This document shows, in pieces, positions 53,148-64,000 of a stretch of DNA of 64,000 nucleotides (its first letter is position 1; the number at the start of each line of letters is the position of its first letter). Location of the stretch: positions 26,102,001-26,166,000 of the forward strand of contig NC_043016.1 of the NCBI RefSeq assembly GCF_006345805.1, in the 5' to 3' direction. The notes beneath the pieces are model-generated. The model searched no databases. It was not told where the DNA came from and was given only the letters and a program-made list of their open reading frames with translations. The DNA comes from Octopus sinensis. Lineage: Eukaryota. The position numbers and the translations under genes were made by a program.

Positions 53148-54030
53148 GCTGTCAGCCTCGTCTGGCACCCGTGCCGGTGATACGTAAAACCACCATTTGC
53201 TCGTGGCCGTTTGCCAGCTCTGCCTGGCCCCGTGTCGGTGGCACGTAAAAGCACCATCTGTTCGTGTTCGTTGCCAGCCTCGCCTGGCCCCGTGCCGGTG
53301 ACACGTAAAAGCACCGTCCGTTCGTGGCCGTTTGCCAGCTCTGTCTGGCCCCGTGTCGGTGGCACGTAAAAGCACCATCCGTTCGTGGCCGTTTGCCAGC
53401 TCTGTCTGGCCCCGTGTCGGTGGCACTTAAAAGCACCATCCGTTCGTGTTCGTTGCCAGCCTCACCTGGCCTCGTGCCGGTGACACGTAAAAGCACCGTC
53501 CGTTCGTGGCCGTTTGCCAGCTCTGTCTGGCCCCGTGTCGGTGGCACGTAAAAGCACCATCCGCTCGTGGCCGTTTGCCAGCTCTGTCTGGCAACCGTGT
53601 CGGTAGCACGTAAAAGCACCATCCGTTCGCGTCCGTTGCCAGCCTCGGCTGGCCCCCGTGCCGGTGACACGTAAAAGCACCGTCCGTTCGTGGCCGGTTG
53701 CCAGCTCTGTCTGGCCCCGTGTCGGTGGCACGTAAAAGCACCATCCGTTCGTGTCCATTGCCAGCATCGCCTGGCCCCGTGCCGGTGACACGTAAAAGCA
53801 CCATCCGTTCGTGGCCGTTCGCCAGCTCTGTCTGGCACCTGTGCAGGTGGCACGTAAAAAACACCCACTACACTCGCAGAGTGGTTGGCGTTAGGAAGGG
53901 CATCCAGCCGTAGAAACACTGCCAGATCTGACTGGGCCTGACGAAGCCTTCCAGCTTCACAGACCCCAGTTGACCCATCCAACCCATGCTAGCATGGAAA
54001 GCAGACGCTAAACAATGATGATGATGATGA
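53148..54030 (-). repeat. (ATG)n-tailed element with an internal ~60-61-bp minisatellite x12
   Basis: Twelve (a/g)cacgtaaaagcacc-containing units at 53161-53870, followed by the family 3' end and atgatg tail. Confidence 0.92.
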
Positions 54031-54989
54031 TTTGGTTGATGAATGATGTGGTGTTTGAGCTTGTTTACATCTATCATGTGTATGTTTTCCTGTTATTTTG
54101 CATGTATTCCTGTACCAGATTTTTTATTACTAATTATCTAATCGTTTTATTACTAACTCGCCCATACACACTTGAAATAACCTATTCATATTTAAATGAG
54201 TATTTCAGTGCAAATCTCATTAGTACACTCATGAAAACGTAACCAATTGAGTTAAAGTATGTGACATTGTTTGACATAATATCTGACCTTTGAGAATTTT
54301 TGGAGATTTGGTCATGTGATGTAGACAGCTGCATAAAGAAGTGCCAATCACTTAAAATGAATGGAACTCATGGAAGAGGGAGATGCAGGCAGACATAGGA
54401 CATAGGACAAAGCTCTGATCTCAGGACACCGAGTCATATGAAGGACACGGCAAAAGACTGAGACATCTGGTGCTTTGATATACTCAATAAGACTTGTCCA
54501 ACACATCAGAATTGTTAATTCTCCCCTTGCAGCTAAAGGAGTCTTTCCTTTGCAAGAGCCCCTTGTTGGTGCCAATATAAAAAGCACCCGTGCCAGTACC
54601 ATCTTAAAAATTTACTCATGTCAGTGTCGCAAAAAAACCCACCTGTGTTGGCACCATGCAAAGAGTACCTGTGCCAATCCATGTACAAAACAACCATGCC
54701 AGGCCACATGCTAAGTATCCAGCACACTATGTAAAGTGGTTGGCATTAAGAAGGGCATCTAGCCATAGAAACCAAGCCAGAACTGACTGGAACCTCGTGC
54801 AGCTTTCCAATCCATGCCAGCATGAAAAATGGACATTAAATGGTGGTGGTGATCATGGAAATAAAGTTTGCTAGAATTACAAACTACTGGAGCAGTGATG
54901 AACCTTTTGGAGACCAGTACGTTTCCAGTACTATGATGAGGAATTAATTTTTAAAATTATCACAGTTTTGTGCATGTAAGAGACACTAG

Positions 54990-56200
54990 AAGTACACCAA
55001 TACATGGAGAACCAAACATCAATCTTTTTTTAAAATAAGACCCCCGCATTGACAGCATTCAGAATGCATATAAAACATTCTACAAAAAAAGGGGAAGCCT
55101 CTCTGTCAATGAGGATATGGTGGGCTATAAAGGTTGAGTACATTTCCAACACTATATATCCAGAAAGCCCACAAAATGGGGGTTCAAAGTTTGAAAGATT
55201 TGTGAAGCAAATACTGGGTACTGCTGTGGGTTTGATTTTGATGCAGGGAAAAGAGGTAAAATGCAAACCAACATGGTCTACTGTTTGATATAGTCTGGAT
55301 TTTATTGCTGCCATACAATAGCCAGGGTTGTATATTATTTTTTAAACCTATTTTCTAGTTTGGTTAAACTTGCAGCAGATTTAGAAGCTGTGGCAACATA
55401 TACATGTCACTTAGTGGCTGCAAGTTGGAAAGGGATGCCATTCATCATCATCATCATCATCATCATTTAGCGTCCGCTTTCCATGCTAGCATGGGTTGGA
55501 CGGGTCAACTGGGGTCTGTGAAGCTGGAAGGCTTCGTCAGATCTGGCAGTGTTTCTACGGCTGGATGCCCTTCCTAACGCCAACCACTCCGTGAGTGTAG
55601 TGGGTGCTTTTTACGTGCCACCCGCACAGGTGCCAGACAGAGCTAGCAAATGGCCATGAACGGATGGTGCTTTTACGTGTCACCGGCACGGGGGCCAGGC
55701 GAGGCTGGCAACGGACACGAACGGATGGTGCTTTTACGTGCCACCGACATGGGGCCAGACAGAGCTGGCAAACGGCCACGAACGGATGGTGCTTTTACGT
55801 GTCACTGGCACGGGGCCAGGCGATGCTGGCAACGGACACGAACGGATGGTGCTTTTACGTGCCACCGACACGGGGCCAGACAGAGCTGGCAAACGGCCAC
55901 GAACGGACGGTGCTTTAAAAAAAAAATGAAGCTAAAATTAAAAGGAGATGAAATAATCCAACGGCAAAAAGGAAATTTGCTAGTGGCCACATACAGAGAT
56001 AAGAGTCAAATCAATTTTCTATCTACTTGTGCACAACCACACAGACAAAAATAGCATCCCATTTGTGAACCTCGATTATAACAGGTGCATGGGTAGGGTA
56101 GATCAACTGAATCAAATGAGCTATTACCCATTTGGTAGACTGCATAATGGTGGCAGTACCTGGTTTCATATATATAGTAAATATGCATATTGTTAATGCA
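54990..56200 (+). mobile_element. piggyBac transposase fossil (PGBD-like), interrupted by a younger insertion
   Basis: SLSVNEDMVGYKG.VHFQHYISRKPTKWGFKV.KICEANTGYCCGFDF (55.1-55.25 kb); RQKGNLLVATYRDKSQINFLST and DYNRCMGRVDQLNQMSYY (55.96-56.13 kb). Confidence 0.85.
55441..55915 (+). repeat. Inverted sister copy of the 53148-54030 element with five ~60-bp units
   Basis: Shares diagnostic ggggtctgtgaagctggaaggcttcgtcag and the cgatgctggc unit variant. Confidence 0.9.
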
Positions 56201-56664
56201 TTTATGCTATATACAAAATCAGGAGGGGCCAGAGAGTGATGCAGTCACTTGAAGTTCTGAGCAAATGTAACAATGTAGTTGAGGGCAGGTTTTTCATCCA
56301 CAAAAATAACTGTTGGGAGAAAAACTAAAGCCTGCTAGAGGCAGGCTTTAAATTCAGTCAATCTCCATAAATTAGAAAATATCTGGAGTTGCAAAAGGTT
56401 GTTGAATGTCTTCTTTAAAAAAAGGAAAACTCCCAGTGGACAGTCAGTTGAAACAAGTTTCTAATGTGCATTCTGCAAGGTTGCATTATGTAGAGTGAGG
56501 TGCTTTACAAATTTCAATTATAGAAATATTGCATGATTTGTGTAGGGCATCCAGCTGTAAAAATCCTGCTAAAACAGTCACAGCTTCTGTCTGGCTGGCT
56601 CCTGTGAAACAGTCCTACCCTTGCCAGTATGAAAGGCAGATGTTAAATGATGATAATATATGTA

Positions 56665-57826
56665 TCTACTACATATGTGGAAAATCGGTGTGTGTTTGTT
56701 TGTGGCGTTGTTATCTAACTCCTCCTACATCGTTTTATTGATTTTGATGAAACTTGAGACTTGAGTAGAACTCATGTCTGGAAACCTCATGACATACTTA
56801 GATTGTTGAAAAAAATTGATAATATGACTCCTGGAAGGGGTCTTTATATCTACTTCATATAAGTAATTTTTTTTATTTACACACCCAAGGGAAATAACTC
56901 ATAGAACTTATGCAATATTTTTTTAAACACTAAAAGGAAATAATCCATTTCATTGTTTATGTTCGATTACTTTGAATATTGATTTTTTGTGTGTCCTATT
57001 TCTAATTTTTGCAAACATCACTTTTATACTTTGACACGTGAGTAGAACTCATGTCTGGAAACCTCATGAGATACTTAGATTGTTGAAAAAAATTCGATAA
57101 TATGGCCCTTCCAATGGATCCTTCTATCTACCACATATTACTAATATTTTATTTAAACAACCCAAGGGAAATAAGCCATACCACCTGCAGATTTTATCAA
57201 AGCGATCAATATTTGATTCTCATGATCAGCTGACCTTATTCTGCATTTCACTACTCACAGTTTTGAACTGCTAAACATTATTATTGCACTTCCTTAATTT
57301 GAATCTTAACCCTTAAAGACTTCATTCATACATTTCTATACATACATACTTTTTTGAATGTTCATTACACTGAAAATTCTGCATTTTTGCAGTTACACTT
57401 TTTCCATGACAGTAAATAAATTTTTTATCCCACAATGTATTTGTAGTGGCTTCATGCAGGCATAGCGTGGATTCGATCCTCGATTGCCAAATTTCACTTA
57501 ACACTTCAACAGCACTTTGCTCACCGAAAAACAATAGTTTTTCTGTGAATGACAGCAGTTATACATTTCCCAGGTGCCTTCACTAAGCAGAATAATGTCT
57601 TTGCTTCTCGCCAACCTCCGACAACCTCTCTCACCAACATCTGACAATCTTTATCGCCAACCTCCAACAATCTCTCTCTCCTCCAGCTGACAGGTTTTTG
57701 TACTTTTTCATGATGGAAAATACACCATTTGTGGCAGTTATATATGAAATTGCTTTCTTATATCAGAGTAATAACGCGTTTCAATAGAACATCTTTACTC
57801 CCGGGAATTACTGGGTACACCAGCCA

Positions 57827-57827
<1 letters not shown>
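56665..57827 (+). mobile_element. Helitron-like element with an internal ~277-bp duplication
   Basis: A|TCTACTACATATGTGG start; 3' cccggg..ctgggtac..cagccag; tgagtagaactcatgtctggaaacctcatg at both 56762 and 57039. Confidence 0.55.
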
Positions 57828-57858
<31 letters not shown>

Positions 57859-57861
<3 letters not shown>

Positions 57862-58081
57862 TAGAATGAAATACACCTACCATCAACGGAATGAAATAAA
57901 CTCATATGCATACACAGAAACATATATAATAATGATTCACAAAATTATCAAAATTTGTCATTCACCTTATAGGTAAACTTACAGGTAAACAGAAAATAAA
58001 AGCAAAGTAAATTTGAAAAGAAAAATATTTATAAAAATCCTCATTTCATTCCATTGATGGTAGGTGTATTTCATTCTACTT
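57859..58081. mobile_element. MITE with ~40-bp TIRs
   Basis: aagtagaatgaaatacacctaccatcaacggaatgaaat / atttcattccattgatggtaggtgtatttcattctactt. Confidence 0.75.
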
Positions 58082-58568
58082 TACACCTATTACAACACCT
58101 ATTTTATGTGCATCTAAGTTCAACTGATAAACCAGTAATGTGCACAATTCTATGTTTAAATTTTGTTGTATACCCAATTGAATATTAGATAATGTTACAT
58201 TTTCTGTAGTGATGTTTAAACAAAATTGAAATAATTTTACATTTAGTTGAATTTACTAGTAATTTAATTCACTTTGAGGCAAGAGTTATGCAATAGATTT
58301 GGTTAAGAACCTTTTGTTAAACTGTGTTCCAAAAATCACATTTGTCAATAAATAAAAAAAAAGTTCGTTGTTTCATGAAACCAGTTTGAATTCACAATAT
58401 TAGAATTTAAATCAAGCACACAAGGGGTGTATTTTGGTTAGGAATATAATAATGAAAGAATTAATGCTATGCACATTTATTTTTTCTCCCATATAAACAT
58501 TGTTATAATGTAAAACAAGATATTTTCATTGCTTTTTCATTTATCGTTGTTATATTTGCTGTTAACAG

Positions 58569-58614
58569 ATTCATCACAGTAATATTCTAAACAGAAGTGA
58601 CCTTTTACAAAAAG
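58569..58614 (+). CDS. Methyltransferase-like gene, exon 6 (IHHSNILNRSDLLQK)
   Basis: ttaacag acceptor, gtatag donor, phase 0/1; bridges exons 5 and 7 in frame. Confidence 0.8.
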
Positions 58615-58714
58615 GTATAGTAAATATCTTTTTTTTCCTTGTTTGATGAATTTCTTTTTTAATTTTTGTGTATGTTGTAATCAATATCACCACCACTTTC
58701 ATAATCATTGCAAA

Positions 58715-58990
58715 TCTGTTTTTTGTTTTCTTTTTTATGTTTGCATGTCCTTTGCCATCTTCTTCATAAGACAGACCCTCTTGAGTTCAACTTTGCTTTC
58801 TTCTCTCATATATCTTTCTAGGAGTTTCTCTTCTGCAAGTTTCTTCCACATGGGTATCCTGATCAATTCTTTACCTGACTGCCATTCTCCATACACATCA
58901 TATGTTTCTGCTAATGCAGTTTCCTTGCTTGTACTCTGCATCTGATTCCTATTTATACCCAGTTTTTCTCTCAAATCATTTGTGCTCCGT
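58715..58990 (-). mobile_element. RTE-like LINE 3' fragment
   Basis: MLRCTCERRSTNDLREKLGI... RT C-terminal remnant. Confidence 0.6.
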
Positions 58991-59706
58991 CTTTCACATG
59001 TACACCTTAACATTACACTTCCAACAGAACATATTCATCCTATTTCATGTTTTTCTTGTACATTTTCCAATTGTTTTGTCTGTGTTTTTTTTTTTGCTTG
59101 TTTTGTGCTTTTTCTTCTCTCTCTCTCTCTCTCTATTTACATTTATTATATTCTTACAAGAGTAGTCACAGTGACTTTGAAGTTTGGGCCTGCCAGCCTT
59201 CTTCAGATGGACTGAAACTTTGAAGTCCCTGTCACTACTCTTGATGTAAAAATATAATAAATATGTACTCTACAAACAGTATTGAGTAATCTTCTAGTTA
59301 AATGTAAAAGTGTTTTTTTGTAACTTGACATGTATGTGTCATTGCTCATTGCCTAATATATATTCTTGACAATTACATGCACCCCTTCTCTCCTTTCTTC
59401 ATTGCTCCCAATCTCTCATGGCCACCTCACCTTTTTTTCTTTTCCATCATCTCTCTCCTTGCCTCCCTCCTAATATTCCTGACTGCCTTTTCTCTTTCTT
59501 TATATTTTCCCCACTACCTTTACACATTCTTTATTTTTTTTTTCTTGATGAAGGACTAGTGTCCGAAACATCAAGACTCTTCCCCTTCTTTTCAAGCATT
59601 AAACTAATTCAACATTTGTTAAAACTTGTTCTTCTTATGTTGTCTTTTTTTCTCATTGCCTAACACACACACACACATATATATATAAAGTCTATTTATT
59701 TTTCAG

Positions 59707-59767
59707 CTGATATAATCATTTTAAACAATGTCTTTGAGTTCTTCATGCCACTAAATATGCAAGTTTT
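59707..59767 (+). CDS. Methyltransferase-like gene, exon 7 ((A)DIIILNNVFEFFMPLNMQV)
   Basis: tttttcag acceptor, gtaagt donor, phase 1/2; ADIIILNNVFEFF resembles class I MTase motif IV. Later exons not found in the window. Confidence 0.9.
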
Positions 59768-61759
59768 GTAAGTATTTCTGGTTTCATTTGTAAACAGAAT
59801 TTTCTCATGAAAGTAAAGTCCAGTTATGTAAATGATTTTGTAATGTGTGTTGTTACTAATTCCTCCCCAGCAGCCTAGCTTGGACTACAAGAGCCATTTG
59901 TTTCATTCCAACCATTTGCTGTTATCTCACAACCTCTTAAACCTTTGTCCAAATCATTTTCATAAGTTTGTTCCAAATGGTCATGCTTATTTTCAGACTT
60001 TTTAATTAGTCTTTGTTTCATACATTCTGAGTTGTATAAAGCTCTCTTTTCATAAGTCCTGAGTTACTCTGATGGTTGAAAAAAATTTTGGAATGTGTAT
60101 CATATATGATGTACAGATCCCAGGGACATATGACAAGCAATGGGTTAAAAATAAAGTGTTGGACCCTAATACTGTGTGTCATCTCTAAGGTTATTAAACA
60201 AAAAGGAAGTGTTGTTTGAAACCTGCCATACTATGCTAAATATTTTACTACCAATACTCAAAAGGTTTGAAATGAAAGAAAATATAATTGCTTCAGCAAA
60301 TAAATTTATAGTAAAACACAATAGGACATTGTCAGTCCTTCAAAGTTGCCTTTCATCCATCAGTGATCAATAAAATAAAGTACCAGTCATATATTGGAGT
60401 TGATATAATTGATAGTTTCCTCCTCCAAAAATGTATGTCTAATCTTATACTTATTGTGCCTTGGCAGACACATTAGTGCTTAGCATTAGTACTTAGCAGT
60501 ATTTTGTCCATCTTTATGTTCTGGGTTCAAATTCCACCAAGGTCAACTTTGACTTTCGTCCTTTTGGAGTCGATAAAAAAAAAAGTACCAGTCGAATACT
60601 GGATTCAATGTAAATGGCTTTTCCCCTCCCCTTAAAAATTGCTAGCCCTGTGCCAAGGTCAACTTTGCCTTTCATCCTTTCAGGGTTAATGAAATAAGTA
60701 CCAGTTATGCACTGGGGTTGATGTAATTGACTAGCCCCTCCCCCACAATTTCTGGCCTGTGTCACTAGCAGAAAGGGTTATTATTAGTATGGTGAACTGG
60801 TAGAATTGTTAGCATGCTGGGCAAAATGCTTAGTGATATTTTGTCCATCCTTATATTCTGAGTTCAAATTCTGCTGTGGTTGACTTTGTCATCCTTTCAG
60901 AGTCATTAAAATAAGTACCATGAAAACCCGCATAATTTACACACTTTTGTTTTTGCAAAAACAAAAATACACTTTAGGGGGTGCGTAAATTACATAAGTA
61001 GATAATTTCCAAAATTTTTTTTTTGTTGAAAAATGACATACAAATGTAAACATTCGTATGGGAAGTTGACTCATTTAATGTCAGAATAGGTTTTTACAGA
61101 AAAAAATATAATGAAGTTGACTTTTATTTATGTTCTGTATAAATTTACTAAAACCATTAAATGGTTAACTGCTTTTTGAAGTTTGACGTTCATGCTGATA
61201 ATCATGGTCCAGGCCATATTTTATGGTGCTTAAAGTTTCTACCTACCACAATAGACCCCAGCAATTTCCTTAAATAGATCAGTTTTCTCCACTTAAGAAG
61301 TCTAGCTTGCATTTGCCTTCAGGAAGCTAATGCTCGCTTTCTCCACATTAGGACAACGAAATTCATCACTGCTAACATTGCCACTACCAGCTCTTACTGC
61401 ATCTAATGCTGACAACAACATCATAATTCATCCTTGTGCATGTAAATTCACTAAGTGAATATGACTTAGCGTTCCTACAGAAACCTTAATTTACCTTATA
61501 CTTTGTTTAATGTCGTTTCACATTCATGTAGAATTATGCAGCAATCTTATGTTCCCTTCATAGAACACTTGTAATGCATGTACTGCCAGTTCTTTTGGTA
61601 TAGTAGATTTTTGCTATTCTTTTATATGACCCCTTACAGATGTGTATATTCTAACAAGTTGCTTTTTAAATTTCATGCCCCTTTTACTCAATAAACACTG
61701 AGTTAAACTTGCAAATCTGTTTATTTTCTCCTTTCAATTTTTAATGTTTTAATTCTTAA

Positions 61760-63165
61760 CACCAGACTACACCAAGTAACTGTAGATGCCAAGAACATTC
61801 CTAAATATCCTAGCACTCTCTAATAATACTGTTTTCAGGAGCTGCACTAAATTAAGTTTTATGACTATTTCCTCTAATCATCTGTTCAAATCTTTAGGAA
61901 TAGTTCCTAATGCACCTATAACTACAGTGATACATTTTACCTGCACTTTCTATAGATTTTGTAACTCAAGGGCTAGGTCCTGGTACTTTGCTATTTGCTC
62001 TATACCTCTCGTATCAACTTCCTCATCAATTGAGACTAAAGTCAATTACCTGGTATTTTCTGTTCTCAAAGTCTATGCCTATTAATCAGGCTTCCTAGTT
62101 TCTATTGTCAATCTGACTGTTAAAATCCCACTTCTTACTTTCTAGCACTTTATTAGGTTCATATTCACATCACTTATCAGTATGATCAAATTTTAGCTTT
62201 CTTTCCTAACTCCCAAAAGATTATTCTCCCTAGGTTGTCATCTCTTGTATACCTTCTGTGCCAGCATACTACATTCACTAACTACGAGTAACATTTTCCT
62301 TCCATTTACATAATCTAAATTGGGAGTCAACCTGATTTTTGTCTAGGCTTTTACCCAGTTAATCTTCAATGCCTGGTACTGTGCTGCTACAACTTTCCAT
62401 CTCTCTTTTCAACCTTCCTGTCCTCAAACATAACCATGTCTCACTATTACTATTTTCTGAAACTATCTTTGTAAATCTACCATGCAAAGCCTCCTCTTGC
62501 GAATCAGATAATTTTACTTCTTTTTTCTAGTTTTTAATTACATTTGACTTTTTGATTTCCCTATATCCTACTATTACACTAGCAACACTTGATAAAATTT
62601 CTTCATTATTACCTACATAAGAGTCTATATCTGCTCTAGCTAACTCCACATACTCTTCTACTAGTATTACATCACCACCTTCCTTTCTATGTAAATCTAC
62701 TCTTGCTACTCCTGCTTTAGGATGAAGTCCTCCATTCATATTGAATCCTTTCCTAGTTCTGTCTAGATTTGATAATATAGATTTTATCCAGTCTACAAAA
62801 GCTGCTGAATATCATAGTAACACTACAGCTCAAATATTTACAACCTTCACTAGATTCTAAATTCTTTTAGCCAATACTTTTGAACTAAATCTGGTCTTAG
62901 GCCCTTCAAAATTGGCATTCTTATTAACTCTTTAGACATTAATGTACTAGTTAGATTTAGATCTGGTTGCTTCTCACTAACTACTTCTTCCCTCGCTTTC
63001 TTTAACCAGGCTACATCCTCATTATGATTAACTGCCTTATCTTAAATATCACTCCAAAACTTTCTAGCTTCTTATGTCTTAGGCTTCTCATCTATAGTAG
63101 CTTCTTCTACACTATTTATTTGGCAATAAAATCTCCTCTGGTCTGTCTCAAACAATCTGTTCTAT
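61760..63165 (-). mobile_element. Decayed R4/Dong-like non-LTR element (RT C-terminus and restriction-like endonuclease)
   Basis: GLHPKAGVARVDLHRKEGG and AKYQDLALELQNL.KVQVKCITVVIGALGTIPKDL; same family as 13512-13795. Confidence 0.75.
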
Positions 63166-63178
63166 AGAAGCTGATCTA

Positions 63179-63741
63179 TTGGGTTGTCCAGAAAGTTCGT
63201 GCCAATTTTTAAAGGAAAGAAAAAGGTCAATAAGTACTTGCCATTACATTTTTAAGCAACCAAATATGAACCATTTTGTTGCACAGTACGTCTCCATCTT
63301 TCCTTTAACTTGAAAATACCCTCTTCCCAGAATTGAGGTGGTTTCATGGCAAAGAATTCATTCAAGGTATCTTTTTACATCATCCAAGGAATTGAAATTT
63401 TTACCATTAAGACTATTCTGCAGAGACCTGAATAAGCGGAAATCTGAAGAAGCAATATCTGGTGAATATGGAGGGTGGGGTAACACATCCCAGCCGAGCT
63501 GCAGCAATTTTTGTCTGGTTCCCAAAGCATCAAGTGCCGAAAATGAACTTTTTTATCTTCCACTTTAAAGGGTTACAAAATTAACACAGATTATAGGAAC
63601 ATAAACCTTCCACGAAAAGATAGCTTAAATTGTGCTCTAAATGGAGGTGTAGTCAAATCCTATTTTATGGACTCAACCATGTTCTAAAATAAGTCGAAAT
63701 GTAAGTTATTATAAATCGGCACGAACTTTCCGGAAGCCCAA
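63179..63741 (-). mobile_element. Internally deleted mariner element
   Basis: TA-flanked TIRs ttgggttgtccagaaagttcgtgcc / ggcacgaactttccggaagcccaa; minus reading HPPYSPDIASSDFRLFRSLQNSLNGKNF. Confidence 0.88.
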
Positions 63742-64000
63742 TATTTTTTTTCTGATATTATTATTGTTGTTGTTTAAGACAATGAGCTGGCAGAATTGTT
63801 GGCATGCTGGGCAAAATGCTTAGTGGCATTTCATCTATTTTTACATTCTGAGCTGAAATTTGCCAAGGTTGGCTTTTCTTTCATCATTTTGGGGTTGATA
63901 AAATAAGTACTAGTCTGCATTTAAAATTATCATATCTGGCCCAAGTATATTCTATATGTTTTATGTTCAAACTGACTGAATCTGGCCTCTCACACCTACC

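Noticed and set aside
53161-53870. Superficial CRISPR-like periodicity
   Set aside because: Whole units repeat with no unique spacers, there are no cas genes, and the context is eukaryotic.
53152-53982. Longest ORF in the track (276 aa) and overlapping ORFs
   Set aside because: They are read-through of the GC-rich ~60-bp minisatellite; the peptide is repetitive in several frames with no domain or splice support.
60118-60190. Candidate methyltransferase exon 8
   Set aside because: The frame required by phase 2 gives no plausible continuation; the true exon is probably beyond the window.

Overview
AT-rich, intron-rich animal genomic DNA with no prokaryotic features. The tRNA-derived SINE families, (CAT)n/(TTA)n-tailed elements and microsatellite density suggest an octopus or other coleoid cephalopod (inference). 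Two spliced genes, absent as intact ORFs from the six-frame track, were reconstructed by hand from GT-AG exons with consistent phases. (1) Endonuclease V (ENDOV) on the minus strand: five coding exons at 9550-9382, 7297-7163, 4030-3991, 2600-2488 and 1346-1275. Its 3' end runs off the window and its first coding exon is not identified. (2) An uncharacterised class I SAM-dependent methyltransferase-like gene on the plus strand: seven coding exons from ATG 35455 to 59767, with the 3' end not found. The genes are divergent around a CpG-enriched region (~34.7-35.5 kb) carrying a TGCGCATGCG palindrome. The introns are packed with SINEs, RTE-, R4/Dong-, Penelope-, mariner-, piggyBac-, hAT- and Helitron-like remnants. 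They also contain minimal hammerhead-ribozyme motifs (one with an intact core), a near-perfect 242-bp palindrome, long inverted repeats and element-derived tandem arrays. Coordinates and mismatch counts were read by eye and protein family calls are from recognition, not database searches.
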